From Thermoplasmata archaeon (GTDB taxonomy: Archaea > Thermoplasmatota > DTKX01 > DATEUP01): DNA of 64,000 nt. Location: positions 1,392 to 65,391 of the forward strand of contig JBGQKI010000009.1 of assembly GCA_041499475.1 (NCBI GenBank). Reading direction: 5' to 3'. Below are positions 9,119 to 19,400 of this stretch, in pieces (the stretch's first letter is position 1; each line of letters opens with the position of its first letter). Both the position numbers and the translations under genes were made by a program. The notes under the pieces were generated by a model, which saw only the letters and a program-made list of their open reading frames with translations, was not told the origin of the DNA and made no database searches.

Positions 9119-10158
9119 AAGTCCTCCACCAGAACGCCAAACTCGGCGAGATCCGCCTGCGGGCGGACACGCTCGACGACCTCTGGCACCTCAAGCACAT
9201 CGTGGCGCCCGGTGACCTGGTTGAGGCGCGCACCTACAGGCGCGACGACTCGGCAACGGGCGACACCTCGAAGCCCACGCGCGGCGAGAAGCGCGCGCTC
9301 ACCCTCGGCATCCGCATCGAGAGTGTCGAATTCCAGGCCTTTGCCGACCGGCTGCGCCTTTCCGGGAAGATCGAGACCGGCCCGACCGACCTCGGGCAGT
9401 ACCACACGCTCACGGTCGAGCCGCGCGACGACATCAAGATCATCAAGCAGCGCTGGCGGATGCACGAACTCCTGCGGGTCAAGGAGGCGGTGGCCCAGAC
9501 GGGCGCGCCGCGCGTCGCAATCCTCTCGATCGAGGAGGGCGAGGCGCTGATCGCATTCGTCCACTCGTATGGCGTGCGCGAGGTGGCCACCGTCGAATCG
9601 CGCGGGTCGGGCAAGTACGCCCAGAAGTCGAGCGGGCGCCAGGAGTTCTTCGCTGACGTGTTGACGCAGTTCAAGATGGCCCTTGAGGGGCAGGAGGTCC
9701 CTGTCGTGATCGTGGGGCCCGGCTTCACCAAGGAGGACTTCCTCAAGTTCGCCAAGGAGAAATCGCGCGGATTTTTCGACAAGGCGGTCGTCGACTCGAC
9801 GGCGCACGGCGGATACCTCGGCGTCCAGGACGCGCTACGGCGGGGGACCTTTACGCGTGTGGTGGAGTCGCACCGCCTCGTTGAGGAGACGCAGCTCGTC
9901 GAAAGGGTGTTCGAGGAGGTGGCCAAGGAGGGGAAGGGGACCTATGGGCCAAAGCACATCGAGAAGGCGCTCAAGGCGGGCGCCGTCGAAACGCTCCTCG
10001 TGGCCGACTCGATCGTCCGCAAGCCCGAGATCGACAAGCTGATGGAGGCGGCTGCCGAAGCGAAGGCGCGCACGGTCGTCATCTCGACGGAGAATGAAGC
10101 GGGCCGGAGGCTCGAGGGGCTCACCGGGATTGCGGCGCTCCTCAAGTACAAGGCCTGA
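9115..10158 (+). CDS. pelA: mRNA surveillance protein Pelota (aPelota/Dom34)
   Basis: DDLWHL, RLRLSGKI, GQYHTL, GPGFTKEDF and GIAALLKY motifs; GTG start overlaps the DUF488 stop (GTGA). Confidence 0.95.
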   Translation: MKVLHQNAKLGEIRLRADTLDDLWHLKHIVAPGDLVEARTYRRDDSATGDTSKPTRGEKRALTLGIRIESVEFQAFADRLRLSGKIETGPTDLGQYHTLTVEPRDDIKIIKQRWRMHELLRVKEAVAQTGAPRVAILSIEEGEALIAFVHSYGVREVATVESRGSGKYAQKSSGRQEFFADVLTQFKMALEGQEVPVVIVGPGFTKEDFLKFAKEKSRGFFDKAVVDSTAHGGYLGVQDALRRGTFTRVVESHRLVEETQLVERVFEEVAKEGKGTYGPKHIEKALKAGAVETLLVADSIVRKPEIDKLMEAAAEAKARTVVISTENEAGRRLEGLTGIAALLKYKA

Positions 10159-10200
10159 CGACCCGCGTCCCCCCGCTTGCGCCGGCGCGCCGCGCGTGGG

Positions 10201-10207
10201 TTTTATA
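10201..10207 (+). promoter_or_regulatory. TATA box upstream of rfcS
   Basis: TTTTATA about 45 nt upstream of the GTG at 10251, in otherwise GC-rich sequence. Confidence 0.55.
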
Positions 10208-10250
10208 CTGCCGCGCCAATCCCTGGCAATCGGTCGGGGAGGCGCTCCAA

Positions 10251-11222
10251 GTGAAGGAAGTCTGGATCGAGAAATACCGCCCCCGCAAGCTTGCCGATGT
10301 CGTCGGACAGCACGACATCACCGAACGGCTCGAGGCGTATGTAAAACAAGGGAACCTGCCCCACTTGCTCTTCGCGGGCCGCGCGGGGATCGGCAAGACG
10401 ACCTGCGCCGTGGCGCTTGCGCGCGAGCTCTATGGGGAGAAGAGTTGGCAGATGAACTTCCAGGAACTCAACGCCTCCGACGAGCGCGGGATCGACATTG
10501 TGCGGGAGAAGATCAAGGACTTCGCGCGCACAGCGCCCATGGGCGAAGCCCAGTTCAAGATCATCTTCCTCGACGAGGCTGACAACCTCACGAGCGACGC
10601 CCAATCGGCGTTGCGGCGCACCATGGAGAAGTACACCAAAACGTGCCGGTTCGTCCTTTCGTGCAATTATTCCTCCAAAATCATCGAGCCGATCCAGTCG
10701 CGCTGCGCCGTCTTCCGCTTCCGCCCCATCCCCAAGGAGGCCGCCGACGCCTACCTAAAGCGCATCGCCAAGGAGGAGGGCGTTACGCTGAAGGCCGACG
10801 GCCTTGATGCGATCGTCTACCTCTCGCAGGGCGACCTGCGCCGCGCGACGAACGCGCTCCAGGTCGCAGCCGCCACGGGCAAGGCGGTCGACGAGGAAGT
10901 CGTTTACCAGGCGACGGCCTCCGTGCACCCCGAGCGCACCCAGGAGCTCCTCAAAGCCGCAATCGAAGGAGACTTCATGCGCTCGCGCAAACTGCTCGAC
11001 GGCATGCTGATCGACGAAGGGCTCGCCGGCGAGGACATCATCAAGGCGATCCACAAGGGCGTGTTCGACCTGCCTATCGAGGACCGCAAGAAGGTCGAGC
11101 TCGTGGACAAGATTGGCGAGATCGACTTCCGGATGGTCGAGGGCTCAACGGAGCGCATCCAACTCGAAGCGCTGCTCGCGCACTTCGCGCTCGTCGGCGA
11201 CCAGGGGAAGGCCCGCAAGTAG
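10251..11222 (+). CDS. rfcS: Replication factor C small subunit (no intein)
   Basis: WIEKYRP, GRAGIGKT, ELNASDERGID, DEAD and IQSRC motifs. Confidence 0.97.
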   Translation: MKEVWIEKYRPRKLADVVGQHDITERLEAYVKQGNLPHLLFAGRAGIGKTTCAVALARELYGEKSWQMNFQELNASDERGIDIVREKIKDFARTAPMGEAQFKIIFLDEADNLTSDAQSALRRTMEKYTKTCRFVLSCNYSSKIIEPIQSRCAVFRFRPIPKEAADAYLKRIAKEEGVTLKADGLDAIVYLSQGDLRRATNALQVAAATGKAVDEEVVYQATASVHPERTQELLKAAIEGDFMRSRKLLDGMLIDEGLAGEDIIKAIHKGVFDLPIEDRKKVELVDKIGEIDFRMVEGSTERIQLEALLAHFALVGDQGKARK

Positions 11223-11230
11223 CGCGCCGT

Positions 11231-11788
11231 TCAGGCCGGGGCCGAACGCGCGGCCTCCACGGCGAGCTGCAGGTCGGGGGACTCCTTCAGGCCGATCCAT
11301 GAATTGGCGACCTTGCCCGAGCCATCGATGAGCACGAGCATGGGCAATGCGTTGACGCCGTAGTTGAGCGCGACGTGCTCCTCGACGGTGTCCACCGCGA
11401 AGTACCAACCTTGCGCCTCCGACCGGTTCGTAACGCCGGCGGTCTGGTTCCTGAAGGCGTCGAGGGTAGACGGGGCGAGGGCATACTCGCTGTCCACGGA
11501 GACCATCGCGAGTTCCCCGGGCAGGAGCTTTGCCCGCAGGTCGGCAAGCTGGACGATCTGCTCGCGGCACGGGATGCACCATGTTGCCATGAAGTCGAGG
11601 AGCACCGGCGTCCCCTTGTTGTGTTGCGAGAGGCGGAACACGGCGCCGTCGATCGTGGGCAACGAGAAGTCGGTCGCGGGCTTTGCGTTGGACGTCGGGT
11701 GCGCCACCACATACGGCTCGGCCAGGTAGGTGGCCACCGTGAGCAAACTCATCAGCGCAACAACCCGCTTGAATCGCGTGGAGGGCAT
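11231..11788 (-). CDS. Membrane-anchored TlpA/ResA-like thiol-disulfide oxidoreductase
   Basis: N-terminal TM; DFMATWCIPC active site; YGVNALP cis-Pro loop. Confidence 0.88.
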   Translation of the reverse strand: MPSTRFKRVVALMSLLTVATYLAEPYVVAHPTSNAKPATDFSLPTIDGAVFRLSQHNKGTPVLLDFMATWCIPCREQIVQLADLRAKLLPGELAMVSVDSEYALAPSTLDAFRNQTAGVTNRSEAQGWYFAVDTVEEHVALNYGVNALPMLVLIDGSGKVANSWIGLKESPDLQLAVEAARSAPA

Positions 11789-11841
11789 GGGAAAGCGTCC
11801 GTTCGAGCGGCCAGTCGCTATGTAAGGTTTGTCGAATGGCG

Positions 11842-12357
11842 CTAACGGCGCCGGTTCATCGAGGTGGGGCCCTTGCGCAGGAGCCGGCGCATTTCCCAGG
11901 TGCGTTCGAAGCCCGCGCTCGCGTAGACGCGGCGGCCCTGAGGTGAGGCGTGGAGGGTGACGCGGTCGACGCCCTGCGCGCGCGCCCACCTTACCGCGGC
12001 GCGCACGATCCGCGTCGCGTGGCCCCTGCCGCGGGACCCCGGCTCCGTGTACATCGAAAGCAAGTAGCCTTGGCGCGTGCCGCGCCAACCCGGGCGAGGC
12101 TGGGCCTCCTGGATCCAGAGCACGCCGCTTGCGACCGCCTCGCCGCCTTCGTCCACGACAAAGGCCGCGCACTTGCCCCGCTTTAGCCGACCCCGCAGCC
12201 ACTTTCGGTAAACGGGGTCGGCCGCGTCGAGCTGGCGCACCGTGCGCCCCCCGATGTCCTGCCACATGCGCCTTCGGTGGAGCACGAGCACATCGAGTTC
12301 CCCCACCGTCGCCTTGGCCAGACGAGCGCGCGCCACGGCGGCGAAGACGACGCGCAC
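11842..12357 (-). CDS. GNAT family N-acetyltransferase
   Basis: SMYTEPGSRGRGHA acetyl-CoA motif; LHASPQGRRVYASAGF. Confidence 0.9.
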   Translation of the reverse strand: MRVVFAAVARARLAKATVGELDVLVLHRRRMWQDIGGRTVRQLDAADPVYRKWLRGRLKRGKCAAFVVDEGGEAVASGVLWIQEAQPRPGWRGTRQGYLLSMYTEPGSRGRGHATRIVRAAVRWARAQGVDRVTLHASPQGRRVYASAGFERTWEMRRLLRKGPTSMNRRR

Positions 12358-12376
12358 GGCTTAATGGATTCTGCCC

Positions 12377-13267
12377 TCAGCGGAGGCGCGCCTCGCGCTC
12401 TGCAGCCACGTACCGTGCCACCATCAGCGCGAGGGCGACGCCCGTGACGAGCGCCGCAAGCGGCACGATGACCGCCCCGAGCAGGTCGAAAGGCGTGTAG
12501 GGGGCCGGCAGTTGGCCCGCCGCAGGCGTGTCCACCTGGACGAAGAGGATGGCGAAAAGCCGGGTTTGAACCCACGACGCATCGAGCGTGAAGTTGAAGC
12601 GGCCCGACTGCGACGCGTTCCCGGTGAGGGCCACGCGGTCGCCTGGCAAGTACTCGCGCACCACAAATGGCAGGTCGCCGCCCGCCTCGGCCGACGCCAC
12701 GGGGTCCTCGACGAGCAAAGCGCGCACCGACACCGTGTACCCCGTGAGGTCGTCGGGCGAGAACACTTCGTAGTCGAGGTGGCCCGTGCTGATCACGGTG
12801 GCGCTGCTCACGTTGATCGACGCGCGCGCCGGCTCTCCCGCCCTCGCCTGAAGAGCGGCCTGGTAGTGGGGGAGGGTCTGCGCGTCTCCGCCGAAGTCGC
12901 GCACCGTCCCGTCAAAGATCGCCGTGGGCAGCAGGGTGGCCCGGTAGTAGTCCTTGAACCGGGAGTGTTCCGGGGGGAATTCGGCAAACACGAGCGTCTG
13001 ACGGGTCGTGCTGTTGAGGAGCGTTTCGGCCGCCGAGCGCGCCTCCACGCCTTCGGGGCTTGTGGCGTTCGCTTCGAGCTCGAGCAAGACGCAGCGCAGC
13101 CCGAGCGGCTGGCGCGTGGTGTCGAACGAGGTGAGCGGGTGGAACGCCGCTTGGAGGACCTCGAACCGCTGCGCGGCCTGCCCGGAGTCCGCGCCCGCGG
13201 TCGACGCCAGGCAAAGCACGGTCGCGGCGACCAAGACGGCTGCATGTCGGGGGAAGGCGTGCCTCAC
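12377..13267 (-). CDS. Secreted, C-terminally anchored Omp28-like thioredoxin-fold + Ig-like protein lacking CxxC
   Basis: Signal peptide; VLLEL...PTAIFDG...LVED...FVVR...FVQ Omp28-like pattern; C-terminal TM. Confidence 0.6.
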   Translation of the reverse strand: MRHAFPRHAAVLVAATVLCLASTAGADSGQAAQRFEVLQAAFHPLTSFDTTRQPLGLRCVLLELEANATSPEGVEARSAAETLLNSTTRQTLVFAEFPPEHSRFKDYYRATLLPTAIFDGTVRDFGGDAQTLPHYQAALQARAGEPARASINVSSATVISTGHLDYEVFSPDDLTGYTVSVRALLVEDPVASAEAGGDLPFVVREYLPGDRVALTGNASQSGRFNFTLDASWVQTRLFAILFVQVDTPAAGQLPAPYTPFDLLGAVIVPLAALVTGVALALMVARYVAAEREARLR

Positions 13268-13324
13268 GGACGAGCACGCCGCGCCGCTGCGGAAATAGGT
13301 TGCGGGACGATGGCGGTGGAGGCC

Positions 13325-16246
13325 CTACATCCGGTTCCAGCCCTCTTGGAGGCGCTTGCGGATCCGTTCCTCGTCCAGTGGCGAGAGTTCCGCCTCGGCC
13401 CGGTCGCCGGGCGGCGAATCGGTGGAGGGCCCGGCCAGCACAACATCGCCCTGCTGCACATCGCGTTCGGGTTCGGGCGCGACCGCGCGCGCGTGCGCCT
13501 CGGGGGCGGCGACGACTTCGGTGATGTGGACGACCGCTCCGTCCTCACCAACCATCGGGATGATTGCGGCAGATGGAGGCGCCGCCGTTTGGACGGGTTC
13601 CTGGTCGACCTCGACGATCGACACGCCCTCTTCGCGGATGGGGGCGAGCGTAAGTTCCAGTTCGGACGAGAGTTTCTCGGCGTCGGTTTCGACCTCTTCG
13701 AGGTCCTCTCCGTGCGGGCGCTTCTTGGCGGCCTTGGCGGGCGCTTCCTTCGCCGTGCCGTGGGCCGAAAGGGAAACCTCGCCCTGGGCTGGCTCTCCGG
13801 CGCCTTCCCGCAGGTGCCGTTCGATCTCGTCGGCCTCGCCCTTGGCGCGGTTGGCCGTGCGCGCGATTTCCTCGCCCGGCTCGGCGTCCTTTTCGGCCTT
13901 CCTCTGAAGGCGGATCTCCCGAAGGATGTCCGAGGCGCTCCGGTTCTTGCGCGGCGCCGCGTTCTCCCCGTCGCTTGTCGCCGCCTCGGCGTCCACCTCG
14001 GTGGAGCCGTGCGTGATTTCGAAAGCCGTGGCGACATCGTCGGCCTTGGGCCGCCTGGGCGCGCTCTGCTTCTGCGCGTGGGGTCCGGGCTTTGGCGCTT
14101 CGGCAGGTGCTTGCTCTTCCTTCGCGTGGCGCGCGCTCTTCGCGGGCTCATCGTGAGGCACCTCGACCACCACTTCCACCTTCGCCTTGGGTGAGGGGGC
14201 ATTTGCCCTCGACTCCGCTGACTCGATCGTCCGCTTGAGCCACCGACTCACCTTCTCTTCCTGGGCCGGCGTCATGTGCGAACGGTCGGCAAACTTGGCC
14301 ACCGTCGTCTTGGGCGCGGTAGGGTGCTTTTGAGCGCCGTGGCCGCCGGAGTGGATGGCCTCGCCGACCACGGCCGGCGCCGCCGCCATCGGCTTGACCC
14401 CTGGCGCGGCGTGCGCGTGGGGCGCGGGCGCAACTTCGACGGCCTCCTCGCCGCCGATGCGCGCGCGCTGCCGCCCCCGGCGGTCGAACACGGGCGCCCG
14501 GTCAAACTCGACGTCCTCGATGCCGCGTTCCTCCACGACGGCCTCTCCGCCCTCGCCGAGGTGCGCAATGATGCCGCCAAGGTCCTCTTCCCCGGCCTTC
14601 GAGCGCAGGGCGACCTTGCGCGGTGTCTCGAGGCTCGCGTTCTCGAGGTGCTCGAGCGCATCATAGTGCATTGTGCTCGTGGCGGCGAGCGCCGGCGCCT
14701 CGAGCGACCGCGGCTTGTCCGCGGGGTCGGGGTCGGCGAGGTAGTGGGGCGTGGGCCCGCCTTGCTCGACCTCAACCATGTCGGCAAGGGAGCGCGCGCC
14801 CCGCCGCATGACATGGAGCGTGTGCGTGCGCCGGAGCCGCTTCTCGAGCTTGGCGCGCGCCACCGGGTTCACCGAGCCGCCGTAGATGTGGTAGAGTTTG
14901 CTTGGCCGGTAGTGGTGTGCGCTCGTGCGGCCTTCGGCGCCCACGGAGTGCGAAGGGGCGGCAAACGCGATGGTCTGCGGCAGGTCGAAGTCGATCTCCG
15001 GCGCCTTGAGGGCGCGCGGGCGCCGCTCGCCCTTGCCGGGCGGGGTCTTCGCGAGGAAGTCCGAAACCACCTGTCGGGATGCCGCATCGAGCGGACCTGC
15101 GCCCTCATTTTCGCCGGCCTGGAGCACTCCGTAGTTCGGTCCCGAGCGCCGCAGCGGCAAACGCAACCACCCGAAGGGCGACCGGCGCGGTTGCCAACTT
15201 TCGCCCGCGACGCCGCGGCTCCGCGTCCGGCCCGACGCCCCGCGCTCCTTCTGCGCGCGGTCGAGCACGTCGTTCATGCGGGCCATGAGGTCGTCGATCT
15301 CGGCCTGGTGCCTTCCGCTGAGCGCGCGCGCCGGAGCCTGAACCATCGGCGCGACGACGCGCGAGGCGGGGATCCGCGCCGTGATCGGCGGCACCATCCG
15401 CTCCTGGATGCGCATCTGGGTCATCGCGCCGCCGGCCAGGGCAAACGCGAGCACGCTGAAGAGTGCGTCGGGCCCGGAGTTCAGGACCGCGCCGAGGTTC
15501 CCAAAGACATACCCGATGATCGGGAAGTCGAAGGGCAGCGTGCCGAGCACGCCATTGGCGCCCGACTGCACGAGGTGGCGCACGAGGGCCGGCACCGTCG
15601 AGGTGCTGGCGGCAAACACCGTGAGGGCCGTGAAGAGGATGGTGAGCGGGATGACCGTGGCGATGGCGGCCCGCATGGGCGATCCTGCCTTGCGCCCACC
15701 GATGTAGCCCGCGACGGCGGGCCCGAGCACCGGGATCCACCACAGCAAGAGCGAGAGCGCCGTCACCCAGAACATGCCGCGCGCGACGCCGTGGCGAGCC
15801 TCGAGCGCCTTGACGGCGCCCACTTCGATCTGGATCTTGTCCACGTCGCCTTCGGCCATCGACTCCGTCTTCATCGCGCGCCGGCGCGAGGTGCGCACGA
15901 CCTCGTCGAGGTCCTCCTCGCCTTCGCGCATGACGCGCCGTCCGCGGGTCTGCCGGGGCTCCTCGCGGCCCCGCGGTGAGCGGCGCTGCGCGCGGCGCGG
16001 CGAGCCTTCGGCGTCGCGCTCGGTCGGGTCGTAAGAAACGACATGGTGGCCGTCGTCGCGCTTCTCGAGAATCGAGAGCGCGGCCCGCAGGCGCGAGAAT
16101 CGCAACGGGCGCGCGCCGCGCCGGTTCCAGTCGCGACGGACGCGCCTCTCGGTGTGCCTAAGGGCGAGCCGAGCGCGGCCCTTCCGGCTGCGTCCGACCT
16201 TTGCTTTCCTCGATCCGGCATTACGGCTGCGTACCAAATTCGCCAT
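13325..16246 (-). CDS. Membrane protein with Arg-rich N-terminus, 3-4 TM core and very long low-complexity tail (~973 aa)
   Basis: ATG at 16246 with GGGGGA SD and upstream TATA; LLWWIPVLGPAVAGYIGGRKAGSP TM hairpin; A/E/P-rich tail. Confidence 0.75.
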   Translation of the reverse strand: MANLVRSRNAGSRKAKVGRSRKGRARLALRHTERRVRRDWNRRGARPLRFSRLRAALSILEKRDDGHHVVSYDPTERDAEGSPRRAQRRSPRGREEPRQTRGRRVMREGEEDLDEVVRTSRRRAMKTESMAEGDVDKIQIEVGAVKALEARHGVARGMFWVTALSLLLWWIPVLGPAVAGYIGGRKAGSPMRAAIATVIPLTILFTALTVFAASTSTVPALVRHLVQSGANGVLGTLPFDFPIIGYVFGNLGAVLNSGPDALFSVLAFALAGGAMTQMRIQERMVPPITARIPASRVVAPMVQAPARALSGRHQAEIDDLMARMNDVLDRAQKERGASGRTRSRGVAGESWQPRRSPFGWLRLPLRRSGPNYGVLQAGENEGAGPLDAASRQVVSDFLAKTPPGKGERRPRALKAPEIDFDLPQTIAFAAPSHSVGAEGRTSAHHYRPSKLYHIYGGSVNPVARAKLEKRLRRTHTLHVMRRGARSLADMVEVEQGGPTPHYLADPDPADKPRSLEAPALAATSTMHYDALEHLENASLETPRKVALRSKAGEEDLGGIIAHLGEGGEAVVEERGIEDVEFDRAPVFDRRGRQRARIGGEEAVEVAPAPHAHAAPGVKPMAAAPAVVGEAIHSGGHGAQKHPTAPKTTVAKFADRSHMTPAQEEKVSRWLKRTIESAESRANAPSPKAKVEVVVEVPHDEPAKSARHAKEEQAPAEAPKPGPHAQKQSAPRRPKADDVATAFEITHGSTEVDAEAATSDGENAAPRKNRSASDILREIRLQRKAEKDAEPGEEIARTANRAKGEADEIERHLREGAGEPAQGEVSLSAHGTAKEAPAKAAKKRPHGEDLEEVETDAEKLSSELELTLAPIREEGVSIVEVDQEPVQTAAPPSAAIIPMVGEDGAVVHITEVVAAPEAHARAVAPEPERDVQQGDVVLAGPSTDSPPGDRAEAELSPLDEERIRKRLQEGWNRM

Positions 16247-16310
16247 CGGCGTCCCCCCTGACAAGAAGGCCTTGCCTAGAGTGCATCCCGTTTTTGCGAT
16301 GGCACGCCTC

Positions 16311-16320
16311 AATATATAAG
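16311..16320 (-). promoter_or_regulatory. Strong TATA box for the 16246 gene
   Basis: CTTATATATT on the minus strand within an AT-rich patch. Confidence 0.6.
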
Positions 16321-16410
16321 CGTAAGTATTGCTGGACAAACCCCACTTTTTCCAGTGGAAAAGGCCCGATTCTGGGCAGGATTCCAAGGGCCCCTGGGGG
16401 GCGCGCGGGG

Positions 16411-19400
16411 CTACGTCCTGCCCTGCCCACCCAGGCCCTTTTCGAATTCGCTGTCGAGTTCGTCGACAACCTGGGCCTCGTCGTCATTGCTCGGGGGACC
16501 CGCGATTTTGGCCTTCGGAGGCGGCGCGGGCGTACGCTTGCCGCCTTTTGTCGGGCGCTCCATCCCGGCCGGCAGGTCGCTCCGGCGGACCGCGTCCCCT
16601 ACGCCCGACCTGCCCCGCCGGCGGAAGACGGGCCACAAAACGAAAACCGCAAAAAGCGCCGCCACAATCGAAATCGCGATGCCAAGGAACGTGTTCGCCG
16701 TCGCTTCCGTCCTTATCGTCAGCGACAGCACGGCGGTCGAATTTTGCCCAAATCGGTTGAAGACCTTCAGCTTCACGAGGAAGTTGCCGGTGCGGTTGTA
16801 GGTGTGATTGGCGAGCACCGTGTCCGCCGTGGGGCTGCCGTCGCCAAAGTCCCACAGGAAGGTCAGGTTGCTTTGGTTTCCGTCGTTCTGCTCCAGCGAA
16901 TTGGCGGCGGAGAACTCGATCTCTTCCCCGGGCGAGTAGATCGTGCGCTGCCCCGTCGTCGAGATCCGGGCGATGGGCGCACGGGGCGGCACGGTGGGCT
17001 CGCCGAACACGCCGAAGGTCGGCGGCAGCCCTTCAGGGCGCGGGGCGAGTAGGCCGACGCGCGAGAGGTTCGCGATCACGGTGTGATTGTTCAAGTCGAG
17101 GACCGAAGTCTCGGCGACCCAGCTCAACGCGTCCCAGTCGAACCAGTAAATGGCGATCGTCGACTCATCGTAGTCGGCGGGGTTCACGGCGATCCCGTAG
17201 AAGAATTCGATTTCGATCCACTGCTGCAAGGAGGCGTTCTGCGGCAGCGTAATGCTGAACCGGTCAATGGGTCCAAGGCCCGGCGGCGAAATGAGGCCGG
17301 TCACGGGCCGCAGCTGCGAGCCGCCTTGGCCGACGTACATGGTGCGGTAGGAGACGGGCGGCTCGGATCGGTTCTCGATGCGGAAGATGCTGAATGGCGA
17401 AGAGCGGATGGTGTCGGCCGTGTCGAGGCCGTCGGAGGCGTGGAACGAGTAGGAGTGGATGCCGCTCGACAGCGTCCCCCTCCAATAGTAGTCGGCTCCC
17501 GAAGTGAAGTTGTAGGGCCCACCCGTGAGCGGCAGGAGCGTTTTGACGCCGTCGGTTTCGTTTGTTAGGGTAAGATTGACCCAATAGGGCGGGTCGTTGT
17601 CCGGGTCGAGGTAGTGCACCTTGAAGGTCCAGATCGTGGTGTCGAGGTTGGGCTGGAGGACGTCAGGCGTTACCCTGTCGCCCCCCAGGATCAGGGCCGG
17701 CGCTTGATTTTGGATGAGGTGGATGTCCACGGAGCGTGAGGACGACAGACGCACGTCGGAGACCGTCAGGGTGACGCGGAAGTCGCCCGGGAACGCGTAA
17801 GTGTGGTTGGCCTCGGCGAGGTTGCTCACGTTCCCGTCGCCGAAGTCCCATAGGTAGGCAAGCGTCTCGTTGTCGGGGTCAAACGTGCACGCCGCCGAGA
17901 AAATCACGGCCTCGCGGGTGCGGTACGTCCGGGGTAGCGGGCTTCCAATGCACGTGATTGGCGGCCGCCCGGGGATGAGGCCGAAGGTGAGGATGGCGCC
18001 CGTCGAGGTCTGCAGGTGCAAGGTGCCGCCGAGCAGCGCGGCGGATGATTGGATCTGGCCGAAAGCGCCCGGCTCGTACTCCCAGTCGGCCTCACCGGTG
18101 CTCGCGGAAATGGCGAAGAGGCGTTCGCTTCCCGTGTACAGCGTGCTGTTGCCTACTGCCCGGACCGCGTTTCCAGGCTGGGGCACGGGAAACGAGTGGT
18201 TCCAGACGAGGACGCCTGAGCCTGCCACGAGCGCGGTGACGTTCGTCGCGGTGGGCACAAACACGCGGCCGTACCCGACCCCGAGCGCACCGGTGATCCG
18301 CTCCGAGAATGTCGCGTTCCACACGGGAGCGGGCGCAAGGGGACTTAGCGGAAACGCCGAGACGTTGTTTGCGCCGTTCACGACATAGAGGAAGCTTGCT
18401 CCGGCGACCGGAGCGACGGAAGTGGGACCGCCGAGCTGTACGGGCCACCCCGCCGGCTCCGTGGCACTCGTCAGGTTGAACGCGTGGAGTTCGCCGACCG
18501 AGGAGATCACGAAGGCCCATCCCGCCACGAGGGCCGGCTCGGTTCGAAGCGCCGGCTGGTCGGCCGGAGGTACGTCCACCGTAGGGAAGGTGCGCCGGAC
18601 GCTGAGGTCCGCGACCGAGGTCTCGACGAGGCGGTCGTTCGCCGAAAACAGAACGAAGTCCCCGTAGGCCACCCCGCTCGACGTGGGCTTCTCACCGAGG
18701 CCGGCGCTGCCCACCGCGGTCCCCGAATCGGGGTCGATGAAGGTGACGTTGCCGGCGGGGTCCGCGGGATCCGAGGTGGCGACCACGAGGAGCCCGTTTG
18801 CAAGCGTCGGAGAGCCCACGATCGCCGCAGGCGCGGCCCAATTCCAAAGGACAGTGTCGTTGCCGCGGGCGCGGGGGACGGCCACGACCCGGTTGCTCGA
18901 GTGCTCGGCAAACACGAGGGTGTCGCGGTAGGCGACGAAGCCCCCTCCGGAGACGTTGTACGCATCCTGTTTCCAAAGGAGGATGTTGTTCTGCGGCGTA
19001 TCCGTCTCGAGGAAGTTCGACCCGCGCGCGTCGCCATAACGGGCGACCCATCCGTCGAGCTTGGGAAGGACCGTGTACGACGCGCTCGCGTTGTTGTTCG
19101 CGGGGTTACCGTCGACCGGCGAGACGGCTGTGACTCGGACCGTGATGTTCGTGTCCCCTTCGACCGCGAAGCGGACCGGGGATTCAAGCGTCGTCTGGCT
19201 GAACTTGTCGAGGTCCGTCACGTTCCAGCTGCCAAGAGGCGTGATGGTGCCGCTTCGGTTGACCTCGGCCGAGACGACACCGGAGCCTTTCTTGTCGCCG
19301 ACATTCTTCACGGTCATCCGGAGCTTCAACGGCTGGTCTACGTGAGGCGTCGGGTCGCTAAGGACGATGTCGGGGGGGCTCACCGAGAAGTCCGGCTGCG

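Noticed and set aside
10251-11222. Intein in the RFC small subunit
   Set aside because: The 323-aa length and contiguous motifs leave no insertion
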